Shown one piece after another: positions 8,967-18,861 of a stretch of DNA of 64,000 nt (position 1 is the first letter of the stretch; each line of letters begins with the position of its first letter). Origin of the DNA: Escherichia phage AV124. Made by a program: the position numbers and the translations under genes. The stretch lies in sequence record OR352954; one strand, written 5' to 3'. The notes beneath the pieces were generated by a model that had not been told where the DNA came from, searched no databases, and saw nothing but the letters and a program-made list of their open reading frames with translations.

Positions 8967-9241
8967 CTCGTGAAGAACGCACAGGTGCCAAGTTTGTCGA
9001 GATGTATGAAGCAAGCTTAGGGGACAATCCTAATCTGGAAGAACAGTTAGTTCTCTCATATTTCAAGAAAAATGTAGAGGACCTGCCCGTGGACTTGTCT
9101 GATCCAACAAGTTTCCACAAAGCATTCCGGCAGGTTGACATCTGCCGTAAAGGTTATCAAGACATGGTGATTTGGTCCCTGATGTCTGGTGGAGAATTAA
9201 ATACAATCTGGAAAGTTTTGGAGGAATTTTATGCTAATTGA
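8957..9241 (+). CDS. hypothetical protein (94 aa)
   Basis: ORF in track. Confidence 0.5.
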   Translation: MALTREERTGAKFVEMYEASLGDNPNLEEQLVLSYFKKNVEDLPVDLSDPTSFHKAFRQVDICRKGYQDMVIWSLMSGGELNTIWKVLEEFYAN

Positions 9242-9533
9242 TGAACTTGGTGTTAGTGGCCTTGTCCCAGATGCTTGGGCAGAGGCATATGGTAAGCCAC
9301 AAGCTGATCCTCATTCTGTTTTCGCAGAGCTGCTTGGTGTAACACGACAACAAGCGAAGGTAATCAATTATGAGTATATGTACTCTGAAGAGGCCAAGCA
9401 TGTTCGGGCGATCAAACTGTGGCATCTGGCGGGAAAAGAAACTCGGTATGTTTACCGGAAGCTTGCTAACCTCTTGTTGGAGAATGGGGTTATTGTTCCT
9501 CCACTGAGAGAAATTCTTGAAGAGATGGATTGA
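9231..9533 (+). CDS. hypothetical protein (100 aa)
   Basis: ORF in track. Confidence 0.5.
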   Translation: MLIDELGVSGLVPDAWAEAYGKPQADPHSVFAELLGVTRQQAKVINYEYMYSEEAKHVRAIKLWHLAGKETRYVYRKLANLLLENGVIVPPLREILEEMD

Positions 9534-9939
9534 AATGACTAAAATCCGAAAATTTTTCAAATGGTTATTGGGGTTATTCAGTACAACAACGGTCGTATCT
9601 ATAGGGAAAGGAAACAGCACTTTTGTTAGCCAAACAACCAAGGTGACCACAATATCTTCTGAAGAGCTTAATGAGATGCTCAACAAAGCCTTTCGTCAAG
9701 CAAGACAAAATAGTGAGCGTAGATTGAAAATGTCACCCCCAACGCCACCTTCACCGCCTAAAAGACGTGTGGTCGTGGAGGATGGCGGTTATCGCCGGAG
9801 AAATGATGATGCGGCGATCATCAATACAACCACGATTAGTGATACGTATACCCATCATACGCCAAGTCACTCGTCAAGTAGTCATGACTCGTATTCCTCC
9901 TGTGATTCGAGTTCATCATTTTCAGGTAGTTGTGATTAA
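9517..9939 (+). CDS. hypothetical protein with Ser/His-rich low-complexity C-terminus
   Basis: ORF; start uncertain (9517 or 9535). Confidence 0.45.
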   Translation: MKRWIEMTKIRKFFKWLLGLFSTTTVVSIGKGNSTFVSQTTKVTTISSEELNEMLNKAFRQARQNSERRLKMSPPTPPSPPKRRVVVEDGGYRRRNDDAAIINTTTISDTYTHHTPSHSSSSHDSYSSCDSSSSFSGSCD

Positions 9940-9948
9940 GGAGATAAA

Positions 9949-10170
9949 ATGAAAATTGGTTTCTTAGGTCTTTTGGCGTTGGTATTTATCACGCTTAAAC
10001 TGTGCGGCGTGATCGCCTGGTCTTGGTGGCTTGTTCTACTGCCGCTCTACTTCGGGTTGGCACTTGTTGTTAGTTTCGGGGTGGTTTTTGTTCTCGGAGC
10101 TTTCGGTGTATTCGCTGCTTCTGCGCTTATTGAAAAACTCAAATTCTGGAATAAAAAATCTGGAAAATAA
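9949..10170 (+). CDS. small membrane protein (73 aa)
   Basis: RBS AAGGAGA; almost entirely hydrophobic. Confidence 0.55.
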   Translation: MKIGFLGLLALVFITLKLCGVIAWSWWLVLLPLYFGLALVVSFGVVFVLGAFGVFAASALIEKLKFWNKKSGK

Positions 10171-10173
10171 TTA

Positions 10174-10202
10174 TTGACATAACGAGTGTAAAGGGGTAAG
10201 AT
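10174..10202 (+). promoter_or_regulatory. sigma70-like promoter candidate (TTGACA-N17-TAAGAT)
   Basis: TTGACA at 10174..10179, 17-nt spacer, TAAGAT at 10197..10202; overlaps a GGGG/CCCC hairpin. Confidence 0.4.
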
Positions 10203-10226
10203 ACCCCTTCACTCATAAATGGAGGA

Positions 10227-10568
10227 TTGATGACTGAAGAAGTAACCCCTACCAACGAAGCACGATTCCTTGGACTAGACCCCAATCAGTTCGGAACTGT
10301 GGTCTTCCTCTCAAGTGCCAGCGTTCAGATGGCTGACCATATCAATTCTGAACCCGTCAGAAAAGAAATGGAACGTTTAATCAGTGAAGGCAAACACGAA
10401 ACTATCGAAACGGCGTTGGCCTGGGTTCGTGGTCAGCGTAATGCTGTGATGCAACTGAGCGGAGCTTCAACCTTCGCGCAAAACCTTTTGGCGCAAGTTG
10501 AAGATATGTTGGTTGATCAACTTCTTGCTGTACCAGTTACACAAGCCGTTGAAGAAAAATCTGAGTAA
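10227..10568 (+). CDS. hypothetical protein (113 aa)
   Basis: RBS GGAGGA upstream. Confidence 0.55.
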   Translation: MMTEEVTPTNEARFLGLDPNQFGTVVFLSSASVQMADHINSEPVRKEMERLISEGKHETIETALAWVRGQRNAVMQLSGASTFAQNLLAQVEDMLVDQLLAVPVTQAVEEKSE

Positions 10569-10581
10569 TAAAGGAGAGAAG

Positions 10582-11769
10582 ATGAGCGTAGTAAACGAAT
10601 ACAAAGACCCAATGTCCGGCAAAGTAAACCACTTCGCAAAAGGCAGCATCAAATTCATCAGCATCAAACCCGTGAAGAATGCTGATCAAGATGGTATTAA
10701 GCGTACCCACATCCCTGCACGTAACGGTCAACCTGCTAAGGTGATTGAAGCCACCCACACTATCAGCTTTTTAATGCAGGAAGTTGATGCGGATAATAAC
10801 GTGGTAGACCCACAGAGCCAAGGCGATTGGATTGGTATGGGTGAGAAGAAACTTCACGCCAGCCACACGGATAAGGTTCAGGTCAAGTTTGATTCCGGTT
10901 ATAAAGATATTCTAGCTGGCATGGTTGTATCTTTCCCGCTGAAAGTCTCTAAGAATGGGGATAAAACCTATATCAACGGCACTTTAAGCGGTAAGACATT
11001 CAACATTCTGGATGAAAGCAAAGCGGGCCAAGCTGCCCCTCGTCAACAGCAGTCTTCTGCCCAGGCAGCACAGTCGGGCGGTGGTGTTAAGATCTATGGT
11101 GAGATTACCGAAATCGTAGGTAATCTGGCGACTGTTAATGACGAGAAGAACGGCCCCGGCGGTGTAGTTCTTTCCGATGAACAACTGGCACAGGTATCTG
11201 TTGGTGGACGAATGACTGCCTTTGTGGATATGTCTAACGGTAACATCCTGAATGGATTCAAAGCTTACGGCCCCGCAGGTCAGAACAACGGCGGTTCTGG
11301 TGGTAAAAAGAGTGGTGGGTACGACCAATTTGGTGTTGAAACAGGGCACGCCATTAACGGTCTGAAAGAGTTGATGGGTGCTGGTTATAAAGTGAAGGAT
11401 GAGCTGGAGACAGCTAAAGCCATTCACCGTGCCACATTGGATATGAAAGCGTTCGTTGCGGAGCGTACTGGTAAGCCAGTCGATTCTAACCCGGTTGGTG
11501 CAAGTGCAGGCAACGCAATTCTGGTTGCATGTAGCCGTTTCAATGCTAAGTCAGATGTTTCTGAAGCAACGATTCTGAACGCAGCCAAAGATGTGTATAC
11601 AAAGCTCTCTGAGCCGCTTTATACGTTCATTAGTGAAAGTGCCAAGGGTGCCGATCAAACTCCGTCACAGCCCGTCCAGGAGCGTTTAACGACACCTCCT
11701 GCCCAAGAGGCGCCCGCTATGGATTTTGATGAGCCACCGATGGACTGGGACGAAGAAATACCGTTTTGA
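10582..11769 (+). CDS. putative single-stranded DNA-binding protein
   Basis: Start at ATG 10582 with RBS AAGGAGAGA; Gly-rich linker; C-terminal acidic tip MDWDEEIPF resembling the bacterial SSB DDDIPF tail; OB fold not verifiable by eye. Confidence 0.45.
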   Translation: MSVVNEYKDPMSGKVNHFAKGSIKFISIKPVKNADQDGIKRTHIPARNGQPAKVIEATHTISFLMQEVDADNNVVDPQSQGDWIGMGEKKLHASHTDKVQVKFDSGYKDILAGMVVSFPLKVSKNGDKTYINGTLSGKTFNILDESKAGQAAPRQQQSSAQAAQSGGGVKIYGEITEIVGNLATVNDEKNGPGGVVLSDEQLAQVSVGGRMTAFVDMSNGNILNGFKAYGPAGQNNGGSGGKKSGGYDQFGVETGHAINGLKELMGAGYKVKDELETAKAIHRATLDMKAFVAERTGKPVDSNPVGASAGNAILVACSRFNAKSDVSEATILNAAKDVYTKLSEPLYTFISESAKGADQTPSQPVQERLTTPPAQEAPAMDFDEPPMDWDEEIPF

Positions 11770-12197
11770 TAATGAAAAGATGTTCTAATTGTGGGGCTGA
11801 AAAGCCCCTTGAACAATTTCAGATCAGGAGGGCTTCTAAGGATGGATATACCGCATCGTGCAAGATTTGTCTTAAGGAACGCGACCGAATCAGGGACCAA
11901 GATCCTGAACGTAAAGCAATGAAAGAACGATACGTTAAAGGTATCGGAAGAGAAGCGGCAGCACGAGCAAAGCGGAAGTATATCGAGAAGAATCCGAAGA
12001 AGAGATCTGTGCATATAAAAACAGGTAATGCGATCCGTGACGGCAAGATATTTAAACAGCCTTGTGAAGTTTGCGGAAGTGAAAATGTACAAGCTCATCA
12101 TTGTGATTACGATAAACCTTTAGAGGTTATGTGGCTATGTCCTATTCATCATGAAGAGTGGCACAGGCAATACGGCGAGGCAAAGAACGCTATATAA
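11766..12197 (+). CDS. HNH endonuclease
   Basis: Zn-finger Cys pairs plus HNH core HHCDYDKPLEVMWLCPIHHEEWH. Confidence 0.7.
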   Translation: MIMKRCSNCGAEKPLEQFQIRRASKDGYTASCKICLKERDRIRDQDPERKAMKERYVKGIGREAAARAKRKYIEKNPKKRSVHIKTGNAIRDGKIFKQPCEVCGSENVQAHHCDYDKPLEVMWLCPIHHEEWHRQYGEAKNAI

Positions 12198-12202
12198 AAG
12201 AA

Positions 12203-12230
12203 AAGGCTCCCAAATGGGAGCCTTTTTTAT
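12203..12230. terminator. bidirectional rho-independent terminator at the convergence point
   Basis: Perfect hairpin GGCTCCCA-AAT-GGGAGCC flanked by A-run upstream and T-run downstream, between convergent genes. Confidence 0.6.
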
Positions 12231-13990
12231 TACGGTCTTTGATAGACAGCTACATCATAGACAGTCCCTCTTCCACAATAGGTTACTTGTAGAATTGTAA
12301 CTGAATTTGCAGTAGTGCTGATCGTACCACCATTTATGATTTTATAAGATGCATCAAGGGTGACGGCATGTCCGCCAGTTGCATCCTGGAACAGATAGAT
12401 CGTGGCAGTAAAAGCACTACCAAGATTTGCCCAAGGCCCGATAGTTAAAGTATTTGTCACATCTACGTTGTAGATGTTATTCATCTTCGTCAGATCAGAG
12501 CCTGTCCCTCCTGGTGTCCAAGTTGTTCCTGCGGAAGGTGTGGTAACAGAACCAGGGGTTGTTCCTACAAAATTCGCAGTGACCTTAGGAGCCGTTGCTT
12601 CACCCGTAATAACGAGGGATGCACCTTTTAGAGACCCGTATGCCTCTATTGTGGTGGTTGCCAGAACGGAGTTAGGGTTAATGTCCTTCCCGTTGACATC
12701 AACAGAAACGCCCGTTAGAGTACCAAGTACGTTAAGATTGTTTACAGTTGTTGTGCCTGTCCCACCATTATTAAGGTTGGCGTTTCCAGTAACTGTAAGG
12801 TTGGTGCTTACCGTAGCTGCCCCAGTAACTGCAAGCAGGCCCGTGATGGAGAGGTTTCCTGCAACAGAGCTAGCACTACCGGCTGTAAATCCCCCAGTTA
12901 ATGTGCTGTTTCCATCGACTGTTAATGAACTTACTACGCCTAAATTCTGAATAGAGGCACTTCCGAGAGTTGTTACACCGTTTACAGTTAGATCAGACCC
13001 TATCTCGGCTGTTGTCGTTGTGGCAATAGAGTTGGGGAGAATGTCTAAGCCATCAACACCGACATTGACACCGGACAACGAACCCGTTACTCTTACGTTT
13101 TCAAGTTCTGTCGTTCCGGTTACCTTAAGTCTTGGTTCCGTAGAGGCCTTGGAAGAGTTCCCTCGGATATACACATAGTCGAAGGTGTTATTACCGACAC
13201 CAGTTAATGACATTGTGGTGTTATCTGCACTAGCTGTCCCATTCACAATAACTGCGGAAGTCAGATTATTGGTTTGAACAGAGTTCGGAGATATGATAGT
13301 CTTCAGATAGTTAGAGGCAGCGGTGTAGTCAAAAGAAAGAGTGGCAGTTTGTCCAGATAACGAAATTTTCTGGAATTTACCAAGCACACCAGAGGCATCA
13401 AGCGTCCCACCAAATTGGGATGTCCCAGAAACAACCAATGTGTTAAGGGTTGAAGCACCAACCACCGTAAGAGCAGCATAACTTGGAGAAGACCCAGCAA
13501 GAGAATTGATCGCTGCTGCGACAGCCAAGTTGACAAATGCAGTTGTCGCTATTGCACCACTATTACTTCCCTGAGCAGGGGTAGGCGCTGTCGGAGAACC
13601 GACAAATGCAGGGGTATTAAGAGGTGCAAATTTTTCAGAAACTACAACGGAGTCATTATAAACTTTCCAAGCGGTGCTTGTGGACGGATCGGCAGGTAAA
13701 GTGATAGGTGTAGATGGTGACGCTCCTGGGGCATACCACCAGAAAGTCCCTGCTGAATTGGTGAAGGAATACAGTTGATTAAAAACTGTCGCCTGTGTAC
13801 CAGCCACCCAAGGTTGTGGTGGTGTTTTAAAATACACATTGTCAAGAAGCGCTTTACGTAATGTTGGAATCGTGCTACCATCTTCTACAATAACAGTGTC
13901 GATCGCCGATCCGTTGACCACCTTATGGAGACGCTCAGAATCCTCGATAACCTGATCCACAGCCTGTTCAAATTGTGTTGTATCAGCCAT
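12230..13990 (-). CDS. tail fibre protein (586 aa)
   Basis: Large Ser/Thr/Gly/Asn-rich repetitive beta-type sequence; RBS AAGGAGA; position at end of tail module. Confidence 0.6.
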   Translation of the reverse strand: MADTTQFEQAVDQVIEDSERLHKVVNGSAIDTVIVEDGSTIPTLRKALLDNVYFKTPPQPWVAGTQATVFNQLYSFTNSAGTFWWYAPGASPSTPITLPADPSTSTAWKVYNDSVVVSEKFAPLNTPAFVGSPTAPTPAQGSNSGAIATTAFVNLAVAAAINSLAGSSPSYAALTVVGASTLNTLVVSGTSQFGGTLDASGVLGKFQKISLSGQTATLSFDYTAASNYLKTIISPNSVQTNNLTSAVIVNGTASADNTTMSLTGVGNNTFDYVYIRGNSSKASTEPRLKVTGTTELENVRVTGSLSGVNVGVDGLDILPNSIATTTTAEIGSDLTVNGVTTLGSASIQNLGVVSSLTVDGNSTLTGGFTAGSASSVAGNLSITGLLAVTGAATVSTNLTVTGNANLNNGGTGTTTVNNLNVLGTLTGVSVDVNGKDINPNSVLATTTIEAYGSLKGASLVITGEATAPKVTANFVGTTPGSVTTPSAGTTWTPGGTGSDLTKMNNIYNVDVTNTLTIGPWANLGSAFTATIYLFQDATGGHAVTLDASYKIINGGTISTTANSVTILQVTYCGRGTVYDVAVYQRP

Positions 13991-14001
13991 TTAAGGTCTC
14001 C

Positions 14002-14277
14002 TTATTTAATTTCTTGTTTATCTTCATCTTCCGCTGCCTTTATAGCTAAACCCCAGCGAAGTGAGATTAGCTTGCTTATAAGTTGTGGAGCTGCTACAGT
14101 AGGTGCATATACCCACATGTACCATTCTGTAAGGGTTCCTTTAAATCCCCAGTACAGGAAAACAGCCGTCATGGATGCCAGACCTATATTGCTCCAAAAC
14201 TTGGTATGTGAGGCCTTATCAGGGTCTATAGGGGACCTGACTAAGTCCTTTAGGAACTTCATTATTCGAGTTGGCAT
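14002..14277 (-). CDS. small membrane protein, holin-like candidate (91 aa)
   Basis: Start moved to ATG 14277 (MPTRIMKF...); central hydrophobic helix and charged C-terminus. Confidence 0.4.
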   Translation of the reverse strand: MPTRIMKFLKDLVRSPIDPDKASHTKFWSNIGLASMTAVFLYWGFKGTLTEWYMWVYAPTVAAPQLISKLISLRWGLAIKAAEDEDKQEIK

Positions 14278-14290
14278 TTTACCTCGGGGA

Positions 14291-14764
14291 TCAATGAGTG
14301 AAGAATGGTAATGCCCTGGCAATCACCAACAGGCTTATGACAGTTGCAGTTTTTATCCATTCCTTTATCGTCGTGTCTTTAAAATTTGCACAAAGTATGA
14401 TAATTTCCATCCAAGTTTGGTAGGAAGAATTTATTACAAAATCAAAGAGTCCGGGGATTATTAACGGAAACTGCATGGATATTATCTGGCAGAAGAGAAT
14501 TGGCACTGCTACAGAGAGTGTTAGCTTTTTCTTCCATCCCGATAATATACACGCAGCACCAAAGATAAAAGAGATATCTAGGAACCAACATAGATTAAGG
14601 TAAAGAGATAGATCGAAAAACTGGGTGTTTGAAGAAAACCACCATAGGAGGGTATTCTCAAGAAAGATATGGACCATGCCAAAAACAGACATGATCCTTA
14701 TACCTTTGTCAGAATGAAACAACAAAATAATAAAGCACAGAAAATAGAATACTGAGCTTATCAT
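14291..14764 (-). CDS. polytopic membrane protein (157 aa), AT-rich gene
   Basis: Strongly hydrophobic Phe/Ile/Leu-rich ORF; local base composition visibly AT-richer than flanking genes. Confidence 0.5.
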   Translation of the reverse strand: MISSVFYFLCFIILLFHSDKGIRIMSVFGMVHIFLENTLLWWFSSNTQFFDLSLYLNLCWFLDISFIFGAACILSGWKKKLTLSVAVPILFCQIISMQFPLIIPGLFDFVINSSYQTWMEIIILCANFKDTTIKEWIKTATVISLLVIARALPFFTH

Positions 14765-15075
14765 TTTGCGGATCTTTCCATTAACATCTGGAATTGCTTG
14801 GTGAGGTCTGTTCTTAAATCACCAACATCTCCCTTGATGTCCCTTCTAAGATCGGAAACATCATCCCTAATCGCTTTTAGCTTTTTATCTAAGATATCAT
14901 CCAGCTTTTCTTTAGTGACCATTTCGGCCCTTATACGGATGATATCTTTGTCAAGCTCATCAAGGCGCTCTTGAGTCTTTTTGTAATCCGAGTACGTTAT
15001 TCTTAGGACTCCGATCAGGACAAAGGTAATAACCCCCCAGACCGCCTTCAGGATAGCAAACAGGTCAATAGACAT
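14761..15075 (-). CDS. membrane-anchored coiled-coil protein (104 aa)
   Basis: N-terminal TM helix followed by charged heptad-like region; ATGA overlap with downstream gene. Confidence 0.5.
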   Translation of the reverse strand: MSIDLFAILKAVWGVITFVLIGVLRITYSDYKKTQERLDELDKDIIRIRAEMVTKEKLDDILDKKLKAIRDDVSDLRRDIKGDVGDLRTDLTKQFQMLMERSAK

Positions 15076-15084
15076 AGTGCCCCC

Positions 15085-15564
15085 TTAGGCTGTCTGCGGA
15101 AGCTCTGGTTGAGGGTCTCCCTTGGTCCATCCTCTGAGATCGATGATATATTTCTTCATTGTCTCAACCTTATCTTCTTCACCCAGTGCAGCGTAAGTTG
15201 ATAGCAGTATCGCGGCCCTTTGGAAAAGTCCTTGTTTCTTATTTTCAAAGATTCTGTCTTCCATCCACTCCACTTTTTCGAACTCTTCACCGTTAAAGAT
15301 ATGAGTTCTATTAGAGAAATCACTTGGGAGAGAATCTACAAGACGAAAGTAACAATCTTCCGGGAAGAATTTGGTCGGGTCCGTATCTGCCATATAGACC
15401 TGACCGTTAGAATCGTATTGAATATATAGGCCTTTTTGTTTTTCTTTTAATTGAGATACAAAATCGTACCAATCTTGACCGTTCTCATCTTTTAGATATA
15501 AGGCGCCAGGAACCGCAACCTTTTCTGGAGAATATCTAACCCATTTCATATCAGTTATTTTCAT
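15085..15564 (-). CDS. tail fibre assembly protein-like (159 aa)
   Basis: Start at ATG 15564 overlapping the upstream stop (TAATG); immediately downstream of a tail-fibre gene. Confidence 0.4.
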   Translation of the reverse strand: MKITDMKWVRYSPEKVAVPGALYLKDENGQDWYDFVSQLKEKQKGLYIQYDSNGQVYMADTDPTKFFPEDCYFRLVDSLPSDFSNRTHIFNGEEFEKVEWMEDRIFENKKQGLFQRAAILLSTYAALGEEDKVETMKKYIIDLRGWTKGDPQPELPQTA

Positions 15565-16610
15565 TAAAGCCCCACTGTATACCAAATGCCATCAAGAGCT
15601 TTCTGTAAAAATCTGAACCTTATCTCATCAATGTCGTGAAGATAAACATCTCCGCTGGCGTTCGCATCAATCAGGCCAGTCAATACAGAGCCGTCAGGTC
15701 CACGCGCGAAACGTCCACCTGGACCATAATTCTCAAAATCAACGTTGACTTTGTTTTGTTCTCCACTCCAACGAATGTCAGAAACCCCAATACTGATATG
15801 AAGATCACCATTGGCATTTGCAGCGGTACTATTTACTGCACGAACAATGGATCTTCCACCAACGGTTGCGTTGTTGGAGTTTACTACGAGGTTTTGTAAC
15901 GTAGCTGTACCACTAACACCAAGACTGGTTGTCTGAATATTACCACCATTATTAATGGTTGTCGATGCTAAGGTTCCTGTAGTCATCGTACCTGTGGCTG
16001 TAATATTACCCTGGACCCTTAACAGCGCAGTGTTTGTACCAGTTGCATTAAGCTCCATCATGTTGAATGGTGAAACTGTAGCAGAGTTGTTTACAGGAAC
16101 AAAGCGGAACCTCATGATATCAACATTAGATTGTCCAGCTACACCCGGATTATCACCAATTACAAAATCCAAATAGGTTTGGTCAGTACCTAAGGTGGTT
16201 GTGATGTGTGCAGTATCGCTTGCATCAGATGGGAAGGTAATACGCGGAACAGTCAAAGGACCTGTCATCGTGTCACCTTCAACATTCACATAACGATTAT
16301 CCCCTTCAGCTTTACTATAGACCTCTAGATTAGTACGAGCTGTGGCCTTATTCTCCACATCACTTAAGTTCTGGTCTTTTCTTAAATAATCGGCTGCCAT
16401 ACCAGGAATTTGCTCAGTGGAAATGTAAGACATCCACCAAGTCATCATGTTAAGAACATAGTTAAGTTCTTCACAAGCGGGTTTCTCACCCAAATCCCAA
16501 CCCTTATCCCAAAGATCAGCGATAGGGGAGATTTTATTTGCAGTATGAGCATTAGGTAACACGACGTCACTTTCAGCCCATATCTGAAGAGGAATAGTAG
16601 GAATTGCCAT
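15564..16610 (-). CDS. tail fibre protein (348 aa)
   Basis: Thr/Asn/Gly-rich beta-rich sequence; RBS GGGAGA. Confidence 0.5.
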   Translation of the reverse strand: MAIPTIPLQIWAESDVVLPNAHTANKISPIADLWDKGWDLGEKPACEELNYVLNMMTWWMSYISTEQIPGMAADYLRKDQNLSDVENKATARTNLEVYSKAEGDNRYVNVEGDTMTGPLTVPRITFPSDASDTAHITTTLGTDQTYLDFVIGDNPGVAGQSNVDIMRFRFVPVNNSATVSPFNMMELNATGTNTALLRVQGNITATGTMTTGTLASTTINNGGNIQTTSLGVSGTATLQNLVVNSNNATVGGRSIVRAVNSTAANANGDLHISIGVSDIRWSGEQNKVNVDFENYGPGGRFARGPDGSVLTGLIDANASGDVYLHDIDEIRFRFLQKALDGIWYTVGL

Positions 16611-16619
16611 GATTCTCCC

Positions 16620-17249
16620 TTATAATAGTGTGTTCTCTTCTTCGGAGGTATAGATAAGACTGGATAGGCCACCAGGCCCTGTTCGCGATGTGCTTACAGA
16701 CCCAAAACCAATTGCATAGGAATCGTTTTTAAACCCAAAAGGTAGCCCTTCTGATTTTACCAGTCGAAGGTACGTAGGCATAGGGAGCATATCTTTTATT
16801 TCTTGTATAGCTGTTTCTATCTCGAAACAGCTATTAAAGATATTGATATCAAAACGATAATTATCACCTTTGTAAGTGGTAAAATTCTCGGCTCCGAAGA
16901 GTTGCTTCAGCGTCCCAATTACCTCAGGCCTGGTCCCGTGTTTAGCTGTGCTTGAGAGCAGGATTGTGATAATGGCACGATAATTCATATCACTCAAGCC
17001 ATTTCTGTCAATTCCCACTTGAGCACCAATCTCATCCAAGTTGACTCCTCCGGCATTCTGGAGGAGACGCCCTTCTGCAAGATTGACCATCATCTCATCT
17101 ACAGCCTTCATTCGTTCCAGATACACGGATAAAAATTTTACAAGGTTTTCTTTTTCCCGTAAAAAGTCCCCCGGCAGGTAGTCAATACCGTCCGAAACGA
17201 AATCATCCAATGGATGGATGTGGTTGACATCTTTTATCGTATCTGCCAT
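16620..17249 (-). CDS. baseplate component (209 aa)
   Basis: Position between baseplate and fibre genes; RBS AGAGGGA. Confidence 0.4.
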   Translation of the reverse strand: MADTIKDVNHIHPLDDFVSDGIDYLPGDFLREKENLVKFLSVYLERMKAVDEMMVNLAEGRLLQNAGGVNLDEIGAQVGIDRNGLSDMNYRAIITILLSSTAKHGTRPEVIGTLKQLFGAENFTTYKGDNYRFDINIFNSCFEIETAIQEIKDMLPMPTYLRLVKSEGLPFGFKNDSYAIGFGSVSTSRTGPGGLSSLIYTSEEENTLL

Positions 17250-17257
17250 AATCCCTC

Positions 17258-18751
17258 TTAGATTATCTGTAGGAATGTAATATTATCAGTGTCGATAGAG
17301 AATACCTCATCCATCCCTGCAACAACATCAGAGGTTGTATAGGAAGTATCAGGATCTCCGACGTTCTTGACATCCACATAAAGTTGTGTAAATCTACCAG
17401 CAGAGATAGAAGAACCTACAGCAGATACAAGCTGGATGTTGTATAAAGTGTCAGCAATGTTAAGCGGGTCAATAACACCTTTGAGGGCGGACTTTATAGT
17501 ATCCTGTTCAGTGGTTGAGAGGACCTTTCCTTTATAACGGACACGGATAGCCAAATCCCGTGCCTGTGCTTTACTGTGATAAATTCGTTCTGTCTGATTA
17601 TCCTCAGTAGGGACATCATAAAAAACATTACCATAGGTAGCGTTAGACAAAGCAATTGAATTATAAAGTGCCTTGCTAATATCTTCAGTAGACCCACCAT
17701 ACACCACGGTCTCAAACTTGTACGGTGGTATTCCATTCTGGTCTGTAGTCCCTGTGTTATTTGAGAAGATTTTAACCTTACTTACACCACTCACCCCAAG
17801 GACAGCACTCACCACCGCAGGTCTGGTCGCAGCCGCACTCGATGCTGTTGTGTTAGAAGCCCTGACCTTGTATTCGGTGTCGGTCTCAACATCTGTACCC
17901 TCTGTGAAGGCATTCATGTTGTTAAGGCTGATGAACCCACCCGGTGTTGGGGAAATCGAGGTTACGGTGTTTTTCTCTCTCGACAGTTCACCTGCCTCAA
18001 CAGCAACAACATCCATTGTGATTGTACGTTCACCAACAATTGGTGATGTCCTGAAATCAACACGGCTATTAAGGCCGATCATTTCAAGATTAGTATCATA
18101 CCCAATGTACAATGCCCCGTTTTGAGAGTCAATGATGATCCTATCATTATTAAGCTCGGAGGTATTGTTGACAATAAAGCTCTTGACAGAGGCCATGAAA
18201 GTGTTAAGCTGAGAGCTATTAGGTGTTTTATTGGTCAACTGAAGAGTTGTTTGACTTGTGGTTCCGGTGTTTTGATTATTGATCTGGAAACTATAAGTAC
18301 CTACAACCCAGTCCTTATTGAGAATTTTTTGTGCCAGTATGTTACCTGCAAGGGTGGTGTCGTCATTTAATACAAATGTACCACTATCAAGTGTGTATGT
18401 GTTTTGGGCATATACCATGTTGTAAGGGACAGTATTATTAACTGTCATCTCAACAGATCCTGAACTTTTTGTCTTCCCTCGACGATAAACACCTCTTCGG
18501 GAAAGCAGCTCATCAAGATAAATCCCCTCAGCCCCTGCAAGGGTCTGAGCCGAATAAACTGACGCTGCCAGAAGGATAATCTGATATTCCCTTTCGTTGA
18601 AAATTGTTGTCAACTTGTCAGCAATTGTGTTAGTTTGCGTGTTGAAATTTTCACCAAAAGTTCTAATGAGGGTCTGTTTTGTGTCTGCGATAAGGTCATC
18701 AAGAGAGGGGATAGTGAAACCGTAATCGCTCAATCCATATTGAGTTGCCAA
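17258..18751 (-). CDS. baseplate protein (497 aa), TTG start
   Basis: Long ORF; TTG start preceded by strong RBS AAGGAGG at 5-nt spacing. Confidence 0.45.
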   Translation of the reverse strand: MATQYGLSDYGFTIPSLDDLIADTKQTLIRTFGENFNTQTNTIADKLTTIFNEREYQIILLAASVYSAQTLAGAEGIYLDELLSRRGVYRRGKTKSSGSVEMTVNNTVPYNMVYAQNTYTLDSGTFVLNDDTTLAGNILAQKILNKDWVVGTYSFQINNQNTGTTSQTTLQLTNKTPNSSQLNTFMASVKSFIVNNTSELNNDRIIIDSQNGALYIGYDTNLEMIGLNSRVDFRTSPIVGERTITMDVVAVEAGELSREKNTVTSISPTPGGFISLNNMNAFTEGTDVETDTEYKVRASNTTASSAAATRPAVVSAVLGVSGVSKVKIFSNNTGTTDQNGIPPYKFETVVYGGSTEDISKALYNSIALSNATYGNVFYDVPTEDNQTERIYHSKAQARDLAIRVRYKGKVLSTTEQDTIKSALKGVIDPLNIADTLYNIQLVSAVGSSISAGRFTQLYVDVKNVGDPDTSYTTSDVVAGMDEVFSIDTDNITFLQII

Positions 18752-18861
18752 TTCGTCCTCCTTTCAGGACCATGATTCTTTTGTATATTTTACCATACGC
18801 GGCAGTGTTTTGCAAATAAAGGGGAAGAAGCTACAAATGAAAAAACCACCCCGAAGGGTGG

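Noticed and set aside
14002-14322. The 106-aa track ORF starting at 14322
   Set aside because: The track start is a TTG without a ribosome-binding site; the in-frame ATG at 14277 with GAGGT upstream is the preferred start.
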